64,000 bases of DNA, from assembly GCA_947652375.1 (NCBI GenBank), contig CANTCS010000004.1, positions 542-64,541 of the forward strand, read 5' to 3'. This DNA is from an uncultured Mollicutes bacterium (GTDB lineage Bacteria; Bacillota_I; Bacilli_A; RF39; UBA660). Positions 26,465-36,158 of the stretch are shown in pieces. Below the pieces are notes generated by a model, which did not search any database, was not told where the DNA came from, and saw only the letters and a program-made list of their open reading frames with translations. How positions within the stretch are numbered: position 1 is the first letter of the stretch; each line of letters starts with the position of its first letter. The position numbers were made by a program, and so were the translations under genes.

Positions 26465-28396
26465 ATGAGAGAATATGGATTCATTAGAGTAGGAGCTATA
26501 GTTAATCGCTTAGCTTTAGCTAATCCAATAGAAAATGCAAAAGAAATTATAAAGATGATTAAAGATGCAACAAAAAAAGGAGTAGGGATTGTTACTACTC
26601 CAGAATTAAGTCTAACAGGTTATACTTGTCAGGATTTATTTTTACAAGACTGTTTGATTGATGAGGCATATGAAGCTTTAAAAACAATCTTAAAGGAAAC
26701 TGAGAAAATTAATATTATTAGTATTTTAGGTATGCCCATTAGAGTAGATAATCAACTGTTTAATTGTGGAGTAGTTATAAGTAAAGGAAAGATTTTAGGA
26801 ATTGTTCCAAAAACTTATGTACCAAATTATTCTGAATTTTATGAAAAAAGATGGTTTCAATCTAGTAGTAATCTAATTAGTAATGAAATAAATATTCTAG
26901 ATCAAATAGTTCCAATTGGTACTAATATCCTTTTTAAAGATAAAGAAGTTTGTTTTGGAATAGAAATTTGTGAAGATTTATGGTGTGTAAATCCACCAAG
27001 TAATGCTCATACCTTACATGGAGCAAATATCATCTTTAATTTAAGTAGTAGTAATGAAGTTATTGGTAAATATGAGTATCGAAAAAATTTAGTTTCTATG
27101 CAATCTGCTAAAACTATTAGTGCTTATGTATATGCATCAAGTGGAATTATGGAATCAACATCTGATATTTTATTTAGTGGAGCAAGTATGATTTATGAAA
27201 GTGGTTCACTTTTATGTGAAAATGAAAGGTTTAGTTTAGAAAGTAATTTGATTTATACAGATATTGATGTTTCAAAAATAAATAATGATCGTAATAAAAA
27301 TATAAGTTATATGGGTGTAGTTGGAAATGAGAAATATCGTTACATAGATATAGAAGTAATTGATACAAAAAAAGAATTATCAAGAACTTTTCCAGAGTAT
27401 CCGTTTGTTCCAAAAACAGAAGTAAAAAGAGATGAAAGATGTAGAGAAATTTTTACTATTCAAGCATCTGCTCTTGCTAGAAGACTTTTAACATTAGGAA
27501 AACCAAAATGTGTAATTGGAATTTCAGGAGGACTAGATTCAACATTAGCTTTCTTAGTTATAGTTGAAGCGTTTAAAAAAATTGGGATGGATATGAAAAA
27601 TATTATTGGAGTTACGATGCCAGGTTTTGGTACAACAGGAAGAACATATAATAATTCTTGTGAGTTTGTTCGTGAGTATGGAGCAACTCTAAAAGAAATA
27701 GATATCAAAGCTGCTTGTATTCAACATATGAAAGATATTGGACTTGATGAAAATGATAGAACAATTGCTTATGAAAATACTCAAGCACGTGAGAGAACTC
27801 AAATTTTAATGGATATTGCGAATATGGAAGGTGGCCTTGTTATCGGAACAGGTGACTTATCAGAATTAGCATTAGGTTGGTGTACTTATAACGGAGACCA
27901 TATGAGTATGTATTCAGTAAATACATCTATTCCTAAAACACTTGTTAGGTATTTAGTAAGATGGGTTGCTGATACAGCTGATATAAAAAAGAAAGAAATA
28001 ATTTATGATATTTTGGATACACCAATTTCTCCAGAATTATTACCTCCTGACGAAGCAGGAAATATATTACAAGAAACAGAATCAAGTATTGGTCCTTATG
28101 TTTTACATGACTTTTTCCTATATCATTTCTTAAGATATGGAGCAACTCCGAAGAAAATTTATTATCTTGCTAAAAATACTTTTAAAGAAAGTTTTAGAAA
28201 TACAGAAATATTAAAATGGTTAGAAGTATTTATAAAAAGATTTTTTACTCAACAGTTTAAACGTAATTGTGTACCAGATGGTGTGAAAGTAGGAAGTATT
28301 TCTCTATCTCCAAGAGGAGATCTTAGAATGCCAAGTGATGCTAGTTATGCTATTTGGTTAAAAGAAATAGAAGAATTAAAGGAACTATCAAAATAG
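26465..28396 (+). CDS. nadE: Glutamine-dependent NAD+ synthetase
   Basis: N-terminal CN-hydrolase domain plus a C-terminal NAD synthase domain with the SGGLDS PP-loop. Confidence 0.95.
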   Translation: MREYGFIRVGAIVNRLALANPIENAKEIIKMIKDATKKGVGIVTTPELSLTGYTCQDLFLQDCLIDEAYEALKTILKETEKINIISILGMPIRVDNQLFNCGVVISKGKILGIVPKTYVPNYSEFYEKRWFQSSSNLISNEINILDQIVPIGTNILFKDKEVCFGIEICEDLWCVNPPSNAHTLHGANIIFNLSSSNEVIGKYEYRKNLVSMQSAKTISAYVYASSGIMESTSDILFSGASMIYESGSLLCENERFSLESNLIYTDIDVSKINNDRNKNISYMGVVGNEKYRYIDIEVIDTKKELSRTFPEYPFVPKTEVKRDERCREIFTIQASALARRLLTLGKPKCVIGISGGLDSTLAFLVIVEAFKKIGMDMKNIIGVTMPGFGTTGRTYNNSCEFVREYGATLKEIDIKAACIQHMKDIGLDENDRTIAYENTQARERTQILMDIANMEGGLVIGTGDLSELALGWCTYNGDHMSMYSVNTSIPKTLVRYLVRWVADTADIKKKEIIYDILDTPISPELLPPDEAGNILQETESSIGPYVLHDFFLYHFLRYGATPKKIYYLAKNTFKESFRNTEILKWLEVFIKRFFTQQFKRNCVPDGVKVGSISLSPRGDLRMPSDASYAIWLKEIEELKELSK

Positions 28397-28542
28397 TTCT
28401 TTTTTTTATAAAAAAATCTACAAATTATTAAATTTTGATTAAATTATTATTATATGTAAGTCTTATATTTATTTAATTTTGAATAATTTGCGTTTAAAGA
28501 AAATACTTGCTAATATTCTATTAATAATGTTATAATGAATAT

Positions 28543-28655
28543 GTCAAGGAAACTTGCATAAAATAAAAAAGGAATACCTAGTTTTGAAGAGTTAGGTACT
28601 ATTCCAAAAAATAAATGTTCAAGTACCGACTTTAAACAGTTGATACTATTTTTAT
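28543..28655 (+). ncRNA. Predicted antisense RNA (type I antitoxin candidate), copy 1
   Basis: TTGCTA-18-TATAAT (28507-28536). The conserved 5' segment GAATATGTCAAGGAAACTTGCATAAAATAAAAAAGGA is shared with copy 2. Terminator AGTACCGACT/AGTTGATACT plus a U-run at 28622-28655, overlapping the 3' end of the toxin ORF. Confidence 0.4.
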
Positions 28656-28724
28656 TAAAATGATTAAAATCACAATAATAAGGAGAATTATGATAGTACA
28701 AAGATATTTCTCTGTTTTTTTCAT
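28632..28724 (-). CDS. Small hydrophobic peptide, type I toxin candidate (30 aa: MKKTEKYLCTIIILLIIVILIILIKIVSTV)
   Basis: GGAGGTG lies 6 nt before the ATG. Single TM peptide. The SD can pair with upstream CTCCTTT. Terminator with U-run downstream. A paralogous module is at 39296-39385. Confidence 0.6.
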   Translation of the reverse strand: MKKTEKYLCTIIILLIIVILIILIKIVSTV

Positions 28725-29045
28725 AATTTTCACCTCCTTTCACTTTTTAAAGTAAAGGAGAATAGTACCTAAACTAACTAAATATTCCTGAATTAATTAT
28801 ACCGAACATTTGTTTTTAATACAATAGCTTTATTATAGTTTGATAAATTATTGTAGAGTAGTAAAATTAATTTAAAACTATAATGAGGTATAGAAGAAAT
28901 ATATGATATCAAAATTTTTTTATATAAGGAATTATAACAATATTTATAAGAAATATTTTTAAAACTAGTTTATTTTTTATGGGACTTAACTTTAAGATTA
29001 TATAAATATTTTAGGTGTTTTGAAAGTTTTTATTTGGAAATATAT

Positions 29046-29093
29046 AAAAAAGTGTTGACATTTTATTATGTTATTAATATAATATTAATAACA
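29046..29093 (+). promoter_or_regulatory. Promoter (TTGACA-17-TATAAT) overlapped by a perfect 23-bp palindrome: candidate NAD-regulon operator, copy 2
   Basis: TTGACA 29055-29060, TATAAT 29078-29083, palindrome GTTATTAATATAATATTAATAAC 29070-29092. Confidence 0.75.
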
Positions 29094-29224
29094 CGACTGA
29101 TATTTTTTTTAAAATCAGATATTAACAAAATATTAATAAGAAGAATATTGTTAGTAATTAAATTGGTAAAATTGAAAGTTATAAATAAAAGTAAAAGAAA
29201 TAAAAAAGAGAGGATTATATTTTT

Positions 29225-30322
29225 ATGAATAGTAGAAAATTAAAGTTAATTGTTATGCCTAATTGTAAAAAGTTGGGTGAGAGTATTGATTATGAATTAA
29301 AAAGGATAAATAAAACTGATAATAGTTTTTTAGTGGATTTTAAACCAGATCGATTTGGTAATGGTGAAGGTAAGGTAAAAATTAATGAAAGTGTTAATAA
29401 TACAGATTTATATATATTAAGTGATGTTGGAAATTATGATATTAGTTATAACTATCATGGGAGAACTCATTACATGTCGCCTGATGAGCATTATGAAGAT
29501 ATTAAAAGATGTATTGCTGCAACTAGTGGTCATGCGTCTAAAATAAATGTTTTGATGCCACTACTTTATGAATCTCGTCAGCATAAAAGAAAAGGTAATG
29601 AATCGCTTGATTGTGCTATAGCATTACAAGAACTTGAACATATTGGAGTTAATAATATTATAACTTTTGATGCACATGATCCAAGTGTTTCTAATGCTAT
29701 ACCTCGTCTTCCTTTTGAAAATTTTTATCCAACACATAGAATATTAGAAGAATTGATTGATAATGAAGAGATAAAAGATTTGTTAGTAATTAGTCCAGAT
29801 ATGGGAGCTATGGAGAGAGCAAGATATTATGCTGATATGTTGGAAAGTGATGTCGGAGTTTTTTATAAAAGACGTGATTTATCAAAAGTTGTTAATGGTA
29901 AAAATCCAATAGTTGAGCATATGTATATGGGAGCAGATCCTAAGGGAAAAGATGTTATTATAGTAGATGATATGATAGCATCAGGTGGTTCAATTTTAGA
30001 AGTTGCTTCTAATTTACGAAAAAAAGGAGCAGACAAAATATTTTTAATAGCAACATTTGCATTATTTACAGAAGGAACTGAAAAATTTGTAGAAGCTTTT
30101 GATAAGGGGCTATTCAACAAATTATATTCAACTAATTTAAGTTATGTTCCAGAAAGTATTACAAATAAAAATTGGTATCAAGAAGTAGATTGTTCTAAGT
30201 ATATTGCAGAAATTATAAATACTCTTAATAAAAAAGAAGATATTGAAGGATTATGGAATGGTAAAGAAAAAGTAATTAAAAAAATAAAACAAAAAAAGAA
30301 ATTAGAATTTGAAAACAGTTAA
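29225..30322 (+). CDS. prs: Ribose-phosphate pyrophosphokinase (long PRPP synthetase paralogue)
   Basis: PRPP-binding loop VDDMIASGGS and N-terminal Prs domain motifs. 365 aa. Confidence 0.88.
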   Translation: MNSRKLKLIVMPNCKKLGESIDYELKRINKTDNSFLVDFKPDRFGNGEGKVKINESVNNTDLYILSDVGNYDISYNYHGRTHYMSPDEHYEDIKRCIAATSGHASKINVLMPLLYESRQHKRKGNESLDCAIALQELEHIGVNNIITFDAHDPSVSNAIPRLPFENFYPTHRILEELIDNEEIKDLLVISPDMGAMERARYYADMLESDVGVFYKRRDLSKVVNGKNPIVEHMYMGADPKGKDVIIVDDMIASGGSILEVASNLRKKGADKIFLIATFALFTEGTEKFVEAFDKGLFNKLYSTNLSYVPESITNKNWYQEVDCSKYIAEIINTLNKKEDIEGLWNGKEKVIKKIKQKKKLEFENS

Positions 30323-30339
30323 TAAGGAAAGTGATATTT

Positions 30340-30927
30340 ATGAAAATAGGTATTTTTGGAGGTAGTTTTAATCCTCCTCATAATATGCATATTAATATAG
30401 GTGAGGAATTAATTAAACAAAGTTATCTTGATAAAATTATCTTTGTTCCAACAGGAATAAAGTATAAATATAAGTCTAATTTGTTACCTAATGAAAATCG
30501 ATTTGATATGTTGAAAATACTTACTCAAAAAAATAAAAATTTTTCTGTTAGTAATTATGAATTTAGTGAGAATGTTGTATATACATGTGAAACACTTGAT
30601 TATTTTAAAAATAAATATTTAAATGATGAGATATATTTTATATGTGGTGCAGATAATTTGAGTTATATTGATAAATGGAAAAATGGAGAAGAAATATTAA
30701 AAAATTATAAAATTATTGTTATTTCTAGAAACACTGATAATTTAGAAAGTATTTTAAAAAAATATTCTAAGTATAATGATAATATTTTAGTTGCTAGAAT
30801 TCCTCCTTATGATTTATCATCAACTGAGATTAGAAAATTAATAAGTGATGGAGAATATCATTTATTAGATAAATATTTAGATTGTGATATAATAGATTAT
30901 ATAATTGAAAATAATTTATATATGTAA
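30340..30927 (+). CDS. nadD: Nicotinate-nucleotide adenylyltransferase
   Basis: GGSFNPPHNMH (HxGH-type) and SSTEIR (ISSTxxR) motifs. Confidence 0.93.
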   Translation: MKIGIFGGSFNPPHNMHINIGEELIKQSYLDKIIFVPTGIKYKYKSNLLPNENRFDMLKILTQKNKNFSVSNYEFSENVVYTCETLDYFKNKYLNDEIYFICGADNLSYIDKWKNGEEILKNYKIIVISRNTDNLESILKKYSKYNDNILVARIPPYDLSSTEIRKLISDGEYHLLDKYLDCDIIDYIIENNLYM

Positions 30928-30976
30928 ATTATAAAATGCTAAAAAATGTATATTCTAAAGATTGAGGAGAGATAAT

Positions 30977-31450
30977 ATGTTAAAAGAATTAGTAGAAAAA
31001 TTACTTGATTTAGGTAAAACTATTAGTACAATGGAGTCTTGTACAGGTGGTGGTGTTGCAAATGCAATTACTAATATAGCAGGGGCTAGTGAAGTTTTAA
31101 AATTTAGTGCAGTAACTTATTCTAATGAATTTAAAATTAAAATGGGAGTATCTAGTGAAGTAATTGATAAATATAGTGTTTATAGTATGGAAACAGCAGA
31201 AGAAATGAGTAAAAATATTAGTGCTTTTACAAATAGTGATTTTGGAGTTGGAATTACTGGAAAACTAAATTCAAGTGATAGTAGTAATCCAGAAGGAGAA
31301 AATGATATTGTATTTGTAAGTATATATGATAAAGAAAAAGATAAATACTATAATACTACTATTAAAGTTTTAGTACAAAGTCGTGAGAAAAATAAGGAAT
31401 TAATTATAACAAAGATTAATGAGTTAATTTTAGAGATATTAAATCAATAG
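30977..31450 (+). CDS. pncC: CinA C-terminal-domain protein / NMN amidohydrolase
   Basis: ESCTGG motif. About 157 aa stand-alone CinA_C domain. Confidence 0.85.
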   Translation: MLKELVEKLLDLGKTISTMESCTGGGVANAITNIAGASEVLKFSAVTYSNEFKIKMGVSSEVIDKYSVYSMETAEEMSKNISAFTNSDFGVGITGKLNSSDSSNPEGENDIVFVSIYDKEKDKYYNTTIKVLVQSREKNKELIITKINELILEILNQ

Positions 31451-31509
31451 ATGATTATTGAAAAAAATTAGGAGTATGTGTATAATTTATTTAGAAGTGA
31501 GGTGGTAGT

Positions 31510-32346
31510 ATGGAAAAATATCAAACAGAAGAGGAATTTCTAAGAGATTATAATTCCGATGAATTTGAAAAGCTATCGATGACTGCTGATATTTTAATAC
31601 TAAGTGTTTCGAATCAAGAGACAACTAATTATCGTAAAAATGCTCGTAAAATGATGAGTGTTTTATTAGTAAAAAGAGATGATTATCCTTATAAGGGTAA
31701 ATGGTGTTTACCAGGAGGTTTTTTAAATCCTAAGACAGAAACATTAGAAGAGTGTGCTAAAAAAGTATTGAAAAGAGAAACTAATTTATCAAATATTTAT
31801 TTGGAACAATTATATACATATGATTCTATTAACAGAGATCCACGTATGCGTGTTGTTTCTACTTCTTTTGTTGCTTTAGTTGATAAAGAAAAATTAACTG
31901 AAAAAGTTGAACATGCATCTTGGTTTGATATTGTTTTATATGAAGAAAAAAATAATGTTGTTCATTTAACACTTGATAATGGTTTTGATACGATTAGCTT
32001 AAGTATTAAAAAAGTTTTAAAAGAAAAAACAACTGATCGTTATCAATTTGTTACTAAAACAAATGATAATATTGCCTTTGATCATGATTTAGTTATTTTA
32101 AGTGGTTTGGAAAGAATTCGTAATAAAATAAATTATACTGATGTTGTCTTTAATATGATGCCTACATATTTTACACTTGGAGAACTTCAACAAGTTTATG
32201 AAGTAATACTTAATAAAAAATTATTAGATCCTGCTTTTCGTAGAATTATTGCTGATAAGGTAGAAAAAACTAATAAAATGAAAACAGGAGAAGGACATCG
32301 TCCATCATATTTATTTAAATATAAGAAAAATGAAAAAAATAAATAA
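31510..32346 (+). CDS. nrtR: NrtR-family Nudix-related transcriptional regulator
   Basis: Degenerate Nudix domain (GKWCLPGGF...KRETNL) fused to a C-terminal winged helix with the NrtR signature (FTLGELQQVYEVILNKKLLDPAFRRII). Confidence 0.85.
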   Translation: MEKYQTEEEFLRDYNSDEFEKLSMTADILILSVSNQETTNYRKNARKMMSVLLVKRDDYPYKGKWCLPGGFLNPKTETLEECAKKVLKRETNLSNIYLEQLYTYDSINRDPRMRVVSTSFVALVDKEKLTEKVEHASWFDIVLYEEKNNVVHLTLDNGFDTISLSIKKVLKEKTTDRYQFVTKTNDNIAFDHDLVILSGLERIRNKINYTDVVFNMMPTYFTLGELQQVYEVILNKKLLDPAFRRIIADKVEKTNKMKTGEGHRPSYLFKYKKNEKNK

Positions 32347-33130
32347 AGTAAAATTATTTATAAATAATAATATAAAATCTCGTAAGGTTGCTAAAGAACT
32401 GGTTGAAGTACTTAAAAAAAAGAAATTTCAAATAGTTGATGATGATTTTGATTTAGGCATAGCCATAGGTGGAGATGGCTCATTTTTAAGAATGATAAAG
32501 GATTGTAATTTTAATAATGAAATTTTTTATGTTGGGGTTAATGCAGGAACATTAGGTTTTGCTCAAGATATTAGTGTTGATGAAATAGGGGATTTTGTAG
32601 CTAATCTATCTAGGGGTGAATATACTTATGAAGAAATAGGTGTGCAAGAGGTTCTAATTGTAACTAATACTTCTACTTCAAAAATGTTTTCTTTAAATGA
32701 GATTGTTATTAGAGATGAAGCTTTAAATACAACTAGTTTAGATATTTTAGTAGATGATATATTTTTAGAGCATTATACAGGAGATGGTATTTTAATAGCA
32801 ACTTCTTTTGGTTCAACTGCATATAATCTTAGTTTTGGTGGTAGTTTTGTTTATAATACTTTTAATACTTTACAAATTACTCCAATTGCTCCTTTAAATA
32901 ATAAAAGTTATCATGGTTTAACAAATTCTGTTATAATTCCATCAAATAAAATTATTAAACTTGTTCCTAAAAGAAATAATGGGAATTTGATTGTTACAAT
33001 TGATGGGGATAATAATTTTTATAATAATGTTACAAAAATAGAGACATCAATGAGGACGCAAACAATAAAAATAATTAGAAAAAAAGATTATAATTTTATT
33101 AGAAAGATTAATGAGAAATTTTTAAAGTAG
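32330..33130 (+). CDS. nadK: NAD kinase
   Basis: GGDGSFL motif and TAYNLS motif. Confidence 0.93.
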   Translation: MKKINKVKLFINNNIKSRKVAKELVEVLKKKKFQIVDDDFDLGIAIGGDGSFLRMIKDCNFNNEIFYVGVNAGTLGFAQDISVDEIGDFVANLSRGEYTYEEIGVQEVLIVTNTSTSKMFSLNEIVIRDEALNTTSLDILVDDIFLEHYTGDGILIATSFGSTAYNLSFGGSFVYNTFNTLQITPIAPLNNKSYHGLTNSVIIPSNKIIKLVPKRNNGNLIVTIDGDNNFYNNVTKIETSMRTQTIKIIRKKDYNFIRKINEKFLK

Positions 33131-33139
33131 GCATTTATT

Positions 33140-33682
33140 ATGGAAAATAAGATAATTAAAGGATATAAAGCATTTAATTATAATATGACAAATAGAATTG
33201 GTCTTACATTCAAAGAAGGGAAAATTTATAGGGTAGTTGGTAAATTAAAGTTTGGTAATGATGGAAATGGTTATCATTTTTGTAAAAATTTAGAGGATAC
33301 TCTTCGTTATTTTTCTGCTCGAGATCAAGAAATCAAACTTTGTTGTGTTACTAGTTATGAAGATGTAGTAGAATATTATGATGATTATTATGGATATTAT
33401 AATATGTATGCAGCAAGGTGTATTTCAATTGATAAAATATTAAGTCGTGAAGAAATTATCAATAAAATGTTAAGAGAGAATTCTTTTTCTGTTCAACGAT
33501 TTTGTAGTTTATTTAAACTTACTAAGGAAGAAATGGAAACTTTTAAAAAGCATTTTGATTCTGATATTGCAGTTTTAAGATGTATTCAGTTTTATCAAGA
33601 AAATGATTTGGATGTTTATGCAATAAGAAAAGAGGAAAAAGTTAAAACAAAAAGTTTAAAGAGCATCAATTATGATAATTGA
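33140..33682 (+). CDS. Hypothetical protein
   Basis: 180 aa. N-terminal KGYKAFN...GNGYHFC segment. Family not confidently recognised. Confidence 0.55.
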   Translation: MENKIIKGYKAFNYNMTNRIGLTFKEGKIYRVVGKLKFGNDGNGYHFCKNLEDTLRYFSARDQEIKLCCVTSYEDVVEYYDDYYGYYNMYAARCISIDKILSREEIINKMLRENSFSVQRFCSLFKLTKEEMETFKKHFDSDIAVLRCIQFYQENDLDVYAIRKEEKVKTKSLKSINYDN

Positions 33683-33749
33683 ATGCTTTTTTATTGTTAA
33701 TTTAGTATTTCTTTGATATATTTATTTTAATAATTATTACGAGGTGTTT

Positions 33750-34328
33750 ATGGATACGTATTTTTATAAAATTATTAGACCGTTTATTAGTTTTTTATTT
33801 AAAATATTATTTCGACCTGTTGTTTTGGGAATTGAAAATATACCATCTAGTGGAGGAGTAGTTTTAGCTGGTAATCATACTAAATGGCTAGATCCTATAG
33901 CGTTAATTGCTATTAATAAGAGACAAGTTCATTTTTTATGTAAAGATGAATTGTTTCATGGAATTACAAAGCCAATAGTAAAGGCAATGGGATGTATTTC
34001 TGTAAATAGAAAGATTCATGATAAAGAAGCTCTTAGTTTAGGTTACAAAACTTTAGAAAAAAATAATGTGATTGGAATTTTTCCAGAAGGAACAATTAAT
34101 AGAAGTAGTGATATTATTATGCCTTTTAAAATAGGAGCAGTGAAAATGGTTAGTAAAACTAATTCTTATTTAGTTCCTTTTACTATTACTGGTAAATATA
34201 AATTATTTAAAAAGAGTATTAAAATAGAGTTTTTAAAACCTTATAAAATTAAAGATAGTAAAACTTTAGATGATGAAAATAAAAAGTTAATGCATATAAT
34301 TAGTAAAAATCTTCAAAAAAGTATTTAA
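33750..34328 (+). CDS. plsC: 1-acyl-sn-glycerol-3-phosphate acyltransferase
   Basis: NHTKWLD (HX4D) and FPEGT motifs. Confidence 0.88.
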   Translation: MDTYFYKIIRPFISFLFKILFRPVVLGIENIPSSGGVVLAGNHTKWLDPIALIAINKRQVHFLCKDELFHGITKPIVKAMGCISVNRKIHDKEALSLGYKTLEKNNVIGIFPEGTINRSSDIIMPFKIGAVKMVSKTNSYLVPFTITGKYKLFKKSIKIEFLKPYKIKDSKTLDDENKKLMHIISKNLQKSI

Positions 34329-34340
34329 TAGGAGAATAAA

Positions 34341-35168
34341 ATGAAGAAGGAAAAAATGTTTTTATATAAAATATTAAAACCGATTTTAGGAATTATTTAT
34401 AAGTTATGGTATAATCCTAAAATAATTGGGGCAGAAAATATTCCTGATAGGGGATCAATATTAATGGTTGGAAACCATATTCATTTAATGGATCAATGTA
34501 ATGTAATTATAAGTACAAAAAGAGTTTTACATTTTATGGCAAAAAAAGAATATTTTGAGAGTAAGTTTGCTTGGTTTTTTAAAAATGTAGGTTGTATTCC
34601 AGTTGATAGGAGTAAAAAGGACGAAAAGGCAACAAATAAAGCAATAGAAGTATTAAATAATAACTTAGCTTTAGGACTTTTTCCAGAAGGAACAAGAAAT
34701 GGTTTAAAAGAAGAAAAAATTAAAGAAATTTATAATTTATATTTGAAAGATAATTTATCTTATCGAGAAGCAATAGTAAAATTAAAGAAAAATAAAACAT
34801 CACAGTATAATTTTTTAGAAGATTTATTTTTAAAAAAAATTATTACTAAAGATGAATTTATCGATAATATATTTGAGATTGATGAATTTTTAAAAGATTT
34901 AATTATAAATAAACGTATAACAACAGAAGAATATTTTTCTAATTTACTTTTACCTTTTAAGTTTGGAGCAGTATCAATGGCAAGTAAGACAAATTCTTAT
35001 TTAGTTCCTTACGCTATAACAGGAGAATATAAATTTAGAAGTAATAATTTGGTGATTAGAATTGGAAAAAGTTTTAAAATAGGTAATGATTTAGAAAAAG
35101 AAAATCAAAGACTTTATGAAGAAATAAAAAAATTAATGAAGGAAAATCTTAATAATAATGGTAAATAG
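34341..35168 (+). CDS. PlsC-family acyltransferase paralogue with an internal insertion
   Basis: NHIHLMD (HX4D) and FPEGTRN motifs. About 80 extra residues between block III and block IV. Confidence 0.8.
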   Translation: MKKEKMFLYKILKPILGIIYKLWYNPKIIGAENIPDRGSILMVGNHIHLMDQCNVIISTKRVLHFMAKKEYFESKFAWFFKNVGCIPVDRSKKDEKATNKAIEVLNNNLALGLFPEGTRNGLKEEKIKEIYNLYLKDNLSYREAIVKLKKNKTSQYNFLEDLFLKKIITKDEFIDNIFEIDEFLKDLIINKRITTEEYFSNLLLPFKFGAVSMASKTNSYLVPYAITGEYKFRSNNLVIRIGKSFKIGNDLEKENQRLYEEIKKLMKENLNNNGK

Positions 35169-35234
35169 TGTAAAATAAAGAAAGCTTATAATTAGTAAGT
35201 TTTCTTTTTATGTTATTATATAAGTGGTGGTAAT

Positions 35235-36098
35235 ATGAAAGAGTCTGAATTATTTTTTAAATGTAATTTATATAAAAGTATAAGAGAAATTCTACATCCA
35301 AGTATTTCTAAAAAAAATATTAGTAATTATAAAATAATTATAGACCAAGATTTACTACCTTTAAAAGTTTATTATCCTAAAAAAGTATCGAATTTAAATA
35401 ATATTTTAATATATATCGAAGGTGATAGTAATATTACTAAGAATGTTTTAGGAGATAATTTTTATTTAGAAAAATTTGCTACAGAATATAATCAATTAAT
35501 TATAGAGATAGATTATAAAGATTATAAAAATTTATATTTATTAGATTTATATAAAAAAATATATGAAACATTTAAATTTATTTATCAAGAATTATTAAAA
35601 AATAAAATTTCTAAAGAAAATATTTTTGTTGCTGGTGATTCAACAGGAGCAACAGCTATATTATATTTGATAAATAATATGAATAAAGATTATATAGAAG
35701 TTGCGGGACAAATCCTTTTTTATCCTTTGTTATCAGGTGAATATTTTGGGAAGAGTAAGTTTTTATCTATAAATGATTGTGATGATTATAATAAAAGTAT
35801 TTTAAATAATATAGAAGAGTTTTATAAAAATAAATTAAAATATAAAAAAGATTATAAAGATAGTAATATATTTCCGCTATTAAAAAAAGACTTTTCTAAT
35901 TATCCTAGAACTTTGATTATATGTGGTAGTGTTGATTTTTTAATAGATGAAGTAAAGTGTTTGAATACTCTTTTACAAGAAAATTGTGAAGTTGTAGAAA
36001 TTCCATTTACTTATCATGGATTTTTAAATGGACTGGATTTTGATATAGAGAAAGTATATAAAGAAAAATTAAAAGAATTTTTAAAAATAAATATTTAG
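35235..36098 (+). CDS. Alpha/beta hydrolase (esterase/lipase family)
   Basis: Nucleophile elbow GDSTGA and a C-terminal His (YHGF). Confidence 0.75.
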   Translation: MKESELFFKCNLYKSIREILHPSISKKNISNYKIIIDQDLLPLKVYYPKKVSNLNNILIYIEGDSNITKNVLGDNFYLEKFATEYNQLIIEIDYKDYKNLYLLDLYKKIYETFKFIYQELLKNKISKENIFVAGDSTGATAILYLINNMNKDYIEVAGQILFYPLLSGEYFGKSKFLSINDCDDYNKSILNNIEEFYKNKLKYKKDYKDSNIFPLLKKDFSNYPRTLIICGSVDFLIDEVKCLNTLLQENCEVVEIPFTYHGFLNGLDFDIEKVYKEKLKEFLKINI

Positions 36099-36158
36099 TG
36101 AAAATATTTATTTTTTTGTTAAATGTGTTATAATAACGTATTAAAAAGAGGGGTTGTT

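Noticed and set aside
28510-28743. 77-aa minus-strand ORF from the six-frame track
   Set aside because: It has no convincing RBS and an odd composition, and it runs across the terminators and promoter of the toxin/antisense module. The 30-codon ORF in another frame (28632-28724), with a perfect SD, explains the region better.
29034-29228. 64-aa ORF upstream of prs
   Set aside because: It reads straight through the TTGACA/TATAAT promoter, the 23-bp palindrome and an AT-rich leader. It has no RBS and is best treated as a regulatory region.
34341-35168. Tandem PlsC paralogue with an ~80-aa insertion as a novel system
   Set aside because: Both catalytic blocks are intact and tandem acyltransferase paralogues are common. 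I noted it as a feature, but it is not unusual enough to count as a finding.
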